Below, piece after piece: positions 1-11,520 of a stretch of 64,000 nucleotides of DNA. Source of the DNA: Eledone cirrhosa (taxonomy: Eukaryota); NCBI GenBank assembly GCA_964016885.1, contig OZ024744.1, positions 13,082,001 through 13,146,000 on the forward strand, in the 5' to 3' direction. The notes under the pieces were generated by a model, which did not search any database, was not told where the DNA came from, and was given only the letters and a program-made list of their open reading frames with translations. Position 1 is the stretch's first letter. The number at the start of each line of letters is the position of its first letter. Made by a program: the position numbers and the translations under genes.

Positions 1-3000
1 TGGACGTGTGGTGAGAATGTCTCAGTAGATCAGAGATCACTCCAGTTAAAACCACCCTCTAAATTGAGAGATCACAACTCCAATACTATGGACATGTGGT
101 TAGAATGTCTCAGTAGATCAGAGTGTCACTCCAGTTAAAGCCACTCTCTAAATTGAGAGATCACAACTTCCATACTATGGACATGTGGTTAGAATGTCTC
201 AGTAGATCAGAGAGTCACTCCAGTTAAAGCTACTCTCTAAATTGAGAGATAACAACTCCAATACTATGGACATGGGGTTTGAATGTCTCAGTAGATCACA
301 GTGTCACTCCAGCTAAAGCTACTCTCTAAATTGAGAGATCACAACTCCCATACTATGGACATGTGGTTAGAATGTCTCAGTAGAACAGAGAGTCACTCCA
401 GTTAAAGCTACTCTCTATATTGAGAGATCACAACACCCATACTATGGACATGTGTTTAGAATGTCTCAGTTTGATCAGAGAGTCACTCCAGTTAAAGCTA
501 CTCTGTAAATTGAAACATCACAACTCCAATACTATGGACATGTGGTTAGAATGTCTCAGGAGATCAGAGAGTCACTCCAGTTAAAGCCACCTTCTAAATT
601 GAGAGATCACAACTCCAATACTATGGTCATGTGGTTAGAATGTCTCAGTAGATCAGAGAGTCACTCCAGTTAAAGCTACTCTCGAAATTGAGACATCACA
701 TCTCCAATAATATGGACATGTGCTTAGAATGTCTCAGTAGATCAGAGTCACTCCAGTTAAAGCTACTCTCTAAATTGAGAGATCACAACTCCCATACTAT
801 GGACATGGTGTTTGAATGTGTCAGTAGATCAGAGAGTCACTCCAGTTAAAGCTACTCTCTAAATTGAGAGATCACAACTCCAATACTATGGACATGGGGT
901 TTGAATGTCTCAGTAGATCAGAGTGTCACTCCAGTTAAAGCCACTCTCTAAATTGAGAGATCACAACTCCAATACTATGGACATGTGGTTAGAATGTCTC
1001 AGTAGATCAGAGAGTCACTTCAGTTAAAGCCACTCTCTAAATTGAGAGATCACAACTCCAATACTATGGACATCAGGTTAGAATGTCTCAGTAGATCAGA
1101 GTGTCACTCCAGTTAAAGCCACTCTCTAAATTGAGAGATCACAACTTCCATACTATGGACATGTGGTTAGAATGTCTCAGTAGATCACAGAGTCACTCCA
1201 GTTAAAGCTACTCTCTAAATTGAGAGATCACAACTCCCATACTATGGACATGGGGTTTGAATGTCTCAGTAGATCAGATAGTCACTCCAGTTAAAGCTAC
1301 TCTCTAAATTGAGAGATCACAACTCCAATACTATGGACATGTGGTTAGAATGTCTCAGTAGATCAGAGAGTCACTCCAGTTAAAGCTACTCTCTAAATTG
1401 AGAGATAACAACTCTAATACTATGGACATGGGGTTTGAATGTCTCAGTAGATCAGTGTGTCACTCCAGTTAAAGCTACTCTCTAAATTGAGAGATCACAA
1501 CTCCCATACTATGGTCATGGGGTTAGAATGTCTCAGTAGATCAGATAGTCACTCCAGTTAAATCTACTCGCTAAATTGAGAGATCACAACTCCCATACTA
1601 TGGACATGTGGTTAGAATGTCTCAGTAGAACAGAGAGTCACTCCAGTTAAAGCTACTCTCTATATTGAGAGATCACAACACCCATACTATGGACATGTGG
1701 TTAGAATGTCTCAGTTTGATCAGAGAGTCACTCCAGTTAAAGCTACTCTGTAAATTGAAACATCACAACTCCAATACTATGGACATGTGGTTAGAATGTC
1801 TCAGTAGATCAGAGAGTCACTCCAGTTAAAGCCACTCTCTAAATTGAGAGATCATAACTCCAATACTATGGACATGTGGTTAGAATGTCTCAGTAGATCA
1901 GAGAGTCACTCCAGTTAAAGCTACTCTCTAAATTGAGAGATCACAACTCCCATAATATGGACATGGTGTTTGAATGTCTCAGTAGATCAGAGAGTCACTC
2001 CAGTTAAAGCTACTCTCTAAATTGAGAGATCACAACTCCAATACTATGGACATGGGGTTTGAATGTCTCAGTAGATCAGAGTTTCACTCCAGTTAAAGCT
2101 ACATTCTAAACTGAGAGATCACAACTCCAATACTATGGACATGGGGTTTGAATGTCTCAGTAGATTAGAGAGTCACTCCAGTTAAAGCCACTCTCTAAAT
2201 TGAGAGATCACATCTCCCATACTATGGACGTGTGGTTAGAATGTCTCAGTAGATCAGAGAATCACTCCAGTTAGAGCTACTCTCTAAATTGAGAGATCAC
2301 AACTCCCTAACTATGGACATGTGGTTAGAATGTCTCAGTAGATCAGAGAGTCACTCCAGTTAAAGCCACTCTCTAAATTGAGAGATGACAACTCCCATAC
2401 TCTGGACGTGTGGTGAGAATGTCTCAGTAGATCAGAGATCACTCCAGTTAAAACCACTCTCTAAATTGAGAGATCACAACTCCTATACTATGGACATGTA
2501 GTTAGAATGTCTCACTAGATCAGAGAGTCACTCCAGTTAAAGCTACTCTCTAAATTGAGAGATCACAACTCCCATACTAGGGACATGTGGTTAGAATGTC
2601 TCATTAGATCAGAGAGTCACTCCAGTTAAATCCACTATCTAAATTGAGAGATCACAACTCCCATTCTATGGACATGTGGTTAGAATGTCTCAGTAGATCA
2701 GAGAGTCACTCCAGTTAAAGCTACTCTCTAAATTGAGAGATCACAACTCCCATACTATGGACATGTGGTTAGAATGTCTCAGTAGATCAGAGAGTCACTC
2801 CAGTTAAAGCCACTCTCTAAATTTAGAGATCACAACTCCCTAACTATGGACATGTGGTTAGAATGTCTCAGTAGATCAGAGAGTCACTCCAGTTAAAGCC
2901 ATTCTCTAAATTGAGAGATGACAACTCCCATACTCTGGACGTGTGGTGAGAATGTCTCAGTAGATCAGAGATCACTCCAGTTAAAACCACCCTCTAAATT

Positions 3001-6000
3001 GAGAGATCACAACTCCAATACTATGGACATGTGGTTAGAATGTCTCAGTAGATCAGAGTGTCACTCCAGTTAAAGCCACTCTCTAAATTGAGAGATCACA
3101 ACTTCCATACTATGGACATGTGGTTAGAATGTCTCAGTAGATCAGAGTGTCACTCCAGTTAAAGCCACTCTCTAAATTGAGAGATCACAACTCCCATACT
3201 ATGGACATGGTGTTTGAATGTGTCAGTAGATCAGAGAGTCACTCCAGTTAAAGCTACTCTCTAAATTGAGAGATCACAACTCCAATACTATGGACATGGG
3301 GTTTGAATGTCTCAGTAGATCAGAGTGTCACTCCAGTTAAAGCCACTCTCTAAATTGAGAGATCACAACTCCAATACTATGGACATGTGGTTAGAATGTC
3401 TCAGTAGATCAGAGAGTCACTTCAGTTAAAGCCACTCTCTAAATTGAGAGATCACAACTCCAATACTATGGACATCAGGTTAGAATGTCTCAGTAGATCA
3501 GAGTGTCACTCCAGTTAAAGCCACTCTCTAAATTGAGAGATCACAACTTCCATACTATGGACATGTGGTTAGAATGTCTCAGTAGATCACAGAGTCACTC
3601 CAGTTAAAGCTACTCTCTAAATTGAGAGATCACAACTCCCATACTATGGACATGGGGTTTGAATGTCTCAGTAGATCAGATAGTCACTCCAGTTAAAGCT
3701 ACTCTCTAAATTGAGAGATCACAACTCCAATACTATGGACATGTGGTTAGAATGTCTCAGTAGATCAGAGAGTCACTCCAGTTAAAGCTACTCTCTAAAT
3801 TGAGAGATAACAACTCTAATACTATGGACATGGGGTTTGAATGTCTCAGTAGATCAGTGTGTCACTCCAGTTAAAGCTACTCTCTAAATTGAGAGATCAC
3901 AACTCCCATACTATGGTCATGGGGTTAGAATGTCTCAGTAGATCAGATAGTCACTCCAGTTAAATCTACTCGCTAAATTGAGAGATCACAACTCCCATAC
4001 TATGGACATGTGGTTAGAATGTCTCAGTAGAACAGAGAGTCACTCCAGTTAAAGCTACTCTCTATATTGAGAGATCACAACACCCATACTATGGACATGT
4101 GGTTAGAATGTCTCAGTTTGATCAGAGAGTCACTCCAGTTAAAGCTACTCTGTAAATTGAAACATCACAACTCCAATACTATGGACATGTGGTTAGAATG
4201 TCTCAGTAGATCAGAGAGTCACTCCAGTTAAAGCCACTCTCTAAATTGAGAGATCATAACTCCAATACTATGGACATGTGGTTAGAATGTCTCAGTAGAT
4301 CAGAGAGTCACTCCAGTTAAAGCTACTCTCTAAATTGAGAGATCACAACTCCCATAATATGGACATGGTGTTTGAATGTCTCAGTAGATCAGAGAGTCAC
4401 TCCAGTTAAAGCTACTCTCTAAATTGAGAGATCACAACTCCAATACTATGGACATGGGGTTTGAATGTCTCAGTAGATCAGAGTTTCACTCCAGTTAAAG
4501 CTACATTCTAAACTGAGAGATCACAACTCCAATACTATGGACATGGGGTTTGAATGTCTCAGTAGATTAGAGAGTCACTCCAGTTAAAGCCACTCTCTAA
4601 ATTGAGAGATCACATCTCCCATACTATGGACGTGTGGTTAGAATGTCTCAGTAGATCAGAGAATCACTCCAGTTAGAGCTACTCTCTAAATTGAGAGATC
4701 ACAACTCCCTAACTATGGACATGTGGTTAGAATGTCTCAGTAGATCAGAGAGTCACTCCAGTTAAAGCCACTCTCTAAATTGAGAGATGACAACTCCCAT
4801 ACTCTGGACGTGTGGTGAGAATGTCTCAGTAGATCAGAGATCACTCCAGTTAAAACCACTCTCTAAATTGAGAGATCACAACTCCTATACTATGGACATG
4901 TAGTTAGAATGTCTCACTAGATCAGAGAGTCACTCCAGTTAAAGCTACTCTCTAAATTGAGAGATCACAACTCCCATACTAGGGACATGTGGTTAGAATG
5001 TCTCATTAGATCAGAGAGTCACTCCAGTTAAATCCACTATCTAAATTGAGAGATCACAACTCCCATTCTATGGACATGTGGTTAGAATGTCTCAGTAGAT
5101 CAGAGAGTCACTCCAGTTAAAGCTACTCTCTAAATTGAGAGATCACAACTCCCATACTATGGACATGTGGTTAGAATGTCTCAGTAGATCAGAGAGTCAC
5201 TCCAGTTAAAGCCACTCTCTAAATTTAGAGATCACAACTCCCTAACTATGGACATGTGGTTAGAATGTCTCAGTAGATCAGAGAGTCACTCCAGTTAAAG
5301 CCATTCTCTAAATTGAGAGATGACAACTCCCATACTCTGGACGTGTGGTGAGAATGTCTCAGTAGATCAGAGATCACTCCAGTTAAAACCACCCTCTAAA
5401 TTGAGAGATCACAACTCCAATACTATGGACATGTGGTTAGAATGTCTCAGTAGATCAGAGTGTCACTCCAGTTAAAGCCACTCTCTAAATTGAGAGATCA
5501 CAACTTCCATACTATGGACATGTGGTTAGAATGTCTCAGTAGATCAGAGAGTCACTCCAGTTAAAGCTACTCTCTAAATTGAGAGATAACAACTCCAATA
5601 CTATGGACATGGGGTTTGAATGTCTCAGTAGATCACAGTGTCACTCCAGCTAAAGCTACTCTCTAAATTGAGAGATCACAACTCCCATACTATGGACATG
5701 TGGTTAGAATGTCTCAGTAGAACAGAGAGTCACTCCAGTTAAAGCTACTCTCTATATTGAGAGATCACAACACCCATACTATGGACATGTGTTTAGAATG
5801 TCTCAGTTTGATCAGAGAGTCACTCCAGTTAAAGCTACTCTGTAAATTGAAACATCACAACTCCAATACTATGGACATGTGGTTAGAATGTCTCAGGAGA
5901 TCAGAGAGTCACTCCAGTTAAAGCCACCTTCTAAATTGAGAGATCACAACTCCAATACTATGGTCATGTGGTTAGAATGTCTCAGTAGATCAGAGAGTCA

Positions 6001-7205
6001 CTCCAGTTAAAGCTACTCTCGAAATTGAGACATCACATCTCCAATACTATGGACGTGTGGTTAGAATGTCTCAGTAGATCAGAGTCACTCCAGTTAAAGC
6101 TACTCTCTAAATTGAGAGATCACAACTCCCATACTATGGACATGGTGTTTGAATGTGTCAGTAGATCAGAGAGTCACTCCAGTTAAAGCTACTCTCTAAA
6201 TTGAGAGATCACAACTCCAATACTATGGACATGGGGTTTGAATGTCTCAGTAGATCAGAGTGTCACTCCAGTTAAAGCCACTCTCTAAATTGAGAGATCA
6301 CAACTCCAATACTATGGACATGTGGTTAGAATGTCTCAGTAGATCAGAGAGTCACTTCAGTTAAAGCCACTCTCTAAATTGAGAGATCACAACTCCAATA
6401 CTATGGACATCAGGTTAGAATGTCTCAGTAGATCAGAGTGTCACTCCAGTTAAAGCCACTCTCTAAATTGAGAGATCACAACTTCCATACTATGGACATG
6501 TGGTTAGAATGTCTCAGTAGATCACAGAGTCACTCCATTTAAAGCTACTCTCTAAATTGAGAGATCACAACTCCCATACTATGGACATGGGGTTTAGATG
6601 TCTCAGTAGATCAGATAGTCACTCCAGTTAAAGCTACTCTCTAAATTGAGAGATCACAACTCCAATACTATGGACATGTGGTTAGAATGTCTCAGTAGAT
6701 CAGAGAGTCACTCCAGTTAAAGCTACTCTCTAAATTGAGAGATAACAACTCTAATACTATGGACATGTAGTTTGAATGTCTCAGTAGATCAGTGTGTCAC
6801 TCCAGTTAAAGCTACTCTCTAAATTGAGAGATCACAACTCCCATACTATGGTCATGGGGTTAGAATGTCTCAGTAGATCAGATAGTCACTCCAGTTAAAT
6901 CTACTCGCTAAATTGAGAGATCACAACTCCCATACTATGGACATGTGGTTAGAATGTCTCAGTAGAACAGAGAGTCACTCCAGTTAAAGCTACTCTCTAT
7001 ATTGAGAGATCACAACACCCATACTATGGACATGTGGTTAGAATGTCTCAGTTTGATCAGAGAGTCACTCCAGTTAAAGCTACTCTGTAAATTGAAACAT
7101 CACAACTCCAATACTATGGACATGTGGTTAGAATGTCTCAGTAGATCAGAGAGTCACTCCAGTTAAAGCCACTCTCTAAATTGAGAGATCATAACTCCAA
7201 TACTA
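1..7205. repeat. HOR block: 33-mer (2935 bp), then 27-mer deletion derivative (2402 bp), then partial third copy
   Basis: Marker TTAAAACCACCCTCT at 46, 2981, 5383 (offsets 2935, 2402). Marker GGTGTTTGAATGTGTC at 807, 3209, 6144 (offsets 2402, 2935). ATCATAACTC at 1851 and 7188 (offset 5337 = 60 monomers). Offsets equal n x 89 after correcting for visible indels. Confidence 0.9.
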
Positions 7206-10200
7206 TGGTCATGTGGTTAGAATGTCTCAGTAGATCAGAGAGTCACTCCAGTTAAAGCTACCCTCGAAATTGAGACATCACATCTCCAATACTATGGACA
7301 TGTGGTTAAACTGTCTCAGTAGATAAGAGTGTCACTCCAGTTAAAGCTAATCTCTAAATTGAGAGATAACAACTCCAGTACTATGGACATGGTGTTTGAA
7401 TGTCTCAGTAGATCAGAGAGTCACACCAGTTAAAGCTACACTCTAAATTGAGAGATCACAACTCCAATACTATGGACATGTGGTTGAAATGTCTCAGTAG
7501 ATCAGAGTGTCACTCCAGTTAAAGCTACTCTCTAAATTGAGAGATCACAACTCCAATACTATGGACATGGGTTTTGAATGTCTCAGTAGATCAGAGAGTC
7601 ACTCCAGTTGAAGCTACTCCTCTCTAAATTGAGAGCTCAGAATTCCAATACTATGGACATGTGGTTAGAATGTCTCAGTAGATCAGAGAGTCATTCCAGT
7701 TAAAGCCACTCTCTAAATTGAGAGATCACATCTCCTATACTATGGACGTGTGGTTAGAATGTCTCAGTAGATCAGAGGATCACTCCAGTTAGAGCTACTC
7801 TCTAAATTGAGAGATCACAACTCCCTAACTATGGACATGTGGTTAGAATGTCTCAGTAGATCAGAGAGGCACTCCAGTTAAAGCCACTCTCTAAATTGAG
7901 AGATCACAACTCCTATACTATGGACATGTAGTTAGAATGTCTCAGTAGATCAGAGAGTCACTCCAGTTAATGCTACTCTCTAAATTGAGAGATCACAACT
8001 CCCATACTATGGACATGTGGTCAGAATGTCTCAGTAGATCAGAGAGTCACTCCAGTTAAAGCCACTCTCTAAATTGAGAGATCACAACTCCCATACTATG
8101 GACATGTGGTTAGAATGTCTCAGTAGATCAGAAAGTCACTCCAGTTAAAGCTACACTCTAAATTGAGAGATCACAACTCCTATACTATGGACATGGGGTT
8201 AGAATGTCTCAGTAGATCAGATTGTCACTCTAGTTAAAGCCACTCTCTAAATTGAGAGATAACAACTCCCATACTATGGACATGTGGTTAGAATGTCTCA
8301 GTAGATCAGAGAGTCACTCCAGTTAAAGCTACTCTCTAAATTGAGAGATCACAACTCCCATACTATGGACATGGGGTTTGAAAGTCTCAGTAGATCAGAG
8401 ATTCACTCCAGTTAAAGCTACTCTCTAAATTGAGAGATCACAACTCCAATACTATGGACATGGGGTTTGAATGTCTCGGTAGATCAGAGAGTCACTCCAG
8501 TTAAAGCTACTTTCTAAATTGAGAGATCACAACTCCCATACTATGGACATGTGGTTAGAATGTCTCATTAGATCAGAGAGTCACTCCAGTTAAATCCACT
8601 CTCTAAATTGAGAGATCACAACTCCCATACTATGGACAAGTGGTTAGAATGTCTCAGTAGATCAGAGAGTCACTCCAGTTAAAGCTACTCTCTAAATTGA
8701 GAGATCACAACTCCCATACTATGGACATGTGGTTAGAATGTCTCAGTAGATCAGAGAGTCACTCCAGTTAAAGCTACTCTCTAAATTGAGAGATCACAAC
8801 TCCAATACTATGGACATGTGGTTAGAATGTCTCAGTAGATCAGAGAGTCACTCCAGTTAAAGCTACTCTCTAAATTTAGAGATAACAACTCCAATACTAT
8901 GGACATGGGGTTTGAATGTCTCAGTAGATCAGTGTGTCACTCCAGTTAAAGCTACTCTCTAAATTGAGAGATCACAACTCCCATACTATGGTCATGGGGT
9001 TAGAATGTCTCAGTAGATCAGATAGTCACTCCAGTTAAATCTACTCGCTAAAATGAGAGATCACAACTCCAATACTATGGACATGTGGTTAGAATGTCTC
9101 AGTAGATCACAGTGTCACTCCAGCTAAAGCTACTCTCTAAATTGAGAGATCACAACTCCCATACTATGGACATGTGGTTAGAATGTCTCAGTAGATCAGA
9201 AAGTCACTCCAGTTAAAGCTACACTCTAAATTGAGAGATCACAACTCCTATACTATGGACATGGGGTTAGAATGTCTCAGTAGATCAGATTGTCACTCTA
9301 GTTAAAGCCACTCTCTAAATTGAGAGATAACAACTCCCATACTATGGACATGTGGTTAGAATGTCTCAGTAGATCAGAGAGTCACTCCAGTTAAAGCTAC
9401 TCTCTAAATTGAGAGATCACAACTCCCATACTATGGACATGGGGTTTGAAAGTCTCAGTAGATCAGAGATTCACTCCAGTTAAAGCTACTCTCTAAATTG
9501 AGAGATAACAACTCCAATATTATGGACATGGGGTTTGAATGTCTCGGTAGATCAGAGAGTCACTCCAGTTAAAGCTACTCTCTAAATTGAGAGATCACAA
9601 CTCCCATACTATGGACATGAGGTTAGAATGTCTCAGTAGATCAGAGAGTCATTCTAGTTAAAGCCACTCTCTAAATTGAGAGATCACATCTCCCATACTA
9701 TGGACGTGTGGTTAGAATGTCTCAGTAGATCAGAGAATCACTACAGTTAGAGCTACTCTCTAAAATGAGAGATCACATCTCCCTAACTATGGACATGTGG
9801 TTAGAATGTCTCAGTAGATCAGAGAGTCACTCCAGTTAAAGCCACTCTCTAAATTGAGAGATGACAACACCCATACTCTGGACGTGTGGTTAGAATGTCT
9901 CAGTAGATCAGAGATCACTCCAGTTAAAACCACTCTCTAAATTGAGAGATTACGAATCCAATACTATGGACATGTGGTTAGAATGTCTCAGTAGATAAGA
10001 GAGTCACTCCAGTTAAAGCCACTCTCTAAATTGAGAGATTACGAATCCAATACTATGGACATGTGGTTTGAATGTCTCAGTAGATCAGAGAGTCACTCCG
10101 GTTAAAGCTACTCTCTAAATTGTGAGATCACAACTCCCATACTATGGACATGAGGTTAGAATGTCTCAGTAGATCAGAGAGTCACTCCAGTTAAAGCTAC

Positions 10201-11520
10201 TCTCTATATTGAGAGATCACAACACCCATACTATGGACATGTGGTTAGAATGTCTCAGTTTGATCAGAGAGTCACTCCAGTTAAAGCTACTCTCGAAATT
10301 GAGACATCACATCTCCAATACTATGGACATGTGGTTAAAATGTCTCAGTAGATCAGAGTGTCACTCCAGTTAAAGCTACTCTCTAAATTGAGAGATCACA
10401 ACTCCAGTACTATGGACATGGTGTTTGAATGTCTCAGTAGATCAGAGAGTCACTCCAGTTAAAGCTACACTCTAAATTGAGAGATCACAACTCCAATACT
10501 ATGGACATATGGTTAAAATGTCTCAGTAGATCAGAGTGTCACTCCAGTTAAAGCTACTCTCTAAATTGAGAGATCACAACTCCAATACTATGGACATGGG
10601 GTTTGAATGTCTCAGTAGATCAGAGAGCCACTCCAGTTGAAGCTACTCCTCTCTAAATATAGAGCTCAGAATTCCAATACTATGGACATGTGGTTAGAAT
10701 GTCTCAGTAGATCAGAGAGTCACTCCAGTTAAAGCTACTCTCTAAATTGAGAGATCACAACTCCCATAATATGGACATGGTGTTTGAATGTCTCAGTAGA
10801 TCAGAGAGTCACTCCAGTTAAAGCTACTCTCTAAATTGAGAGATCACAACTCCAATACTATGGACATGGGGTTTGAATGTCTCAGTAGATCAGAGTGTCA
10901 CTCCAGTTAAAGCTACTCTCTAAATTGAGAGATCACAACTCCAATACTATGGACATGGGGTTTGAATGTCTCAGTAGATTACAGAGTCACTCCAGTTAAA
11001 GCCACTCTCTAAATTGAGAGATCACAACTCCAATACTATGGACATGTGGTTAGAATGTCTCAGTAGATCAGAGTGTCACTCCAGTTAAAGCCACTCACTA
11101 AATTGAGAGATCACAACTTCCATACTATGGACATGTGGTTAGAATGTCTCAGTAGATCAGAGAGTCACTCCAGTTAAAGCCACTCTCTAAATTGAGAGAT
11201 CACAACTCCAATACTATGGACATGGGGTTAGAATGTCTCAGTAGATCAGAGTGTCACTCCAGTTAAAGCCACTCTCTAAATTGAGAGATCACAACTTCCA
11301 TACTATGGACATGGGGTTTGAATGTCTCAGTAGATCAGAGAGTCACTCCAGTTGAAGCTACTCTCTAAATTGAGAGATCACAACTCCAATACTATGGACA
11401 TGGGGTTTGAATGTCTCAGTAGAACAGAGTGTCACTCCAGTTAAAGCTACCCTCTAAATTGAGAGATCACAACTCCAATACTATGGACATGGGGTTTGAA
11501 TGTCTCAGTAGATCAGAGAG

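Noticed and set aside
90-178. 10-bp AA/TT periodicity for nucleosome positioning
   Set aside because: The A/T-rich patches (TTAGAAT, TTAAA, TAAATT, ATACTAT) are irregularly spaced, and a periodicity cannot be supported by eye.
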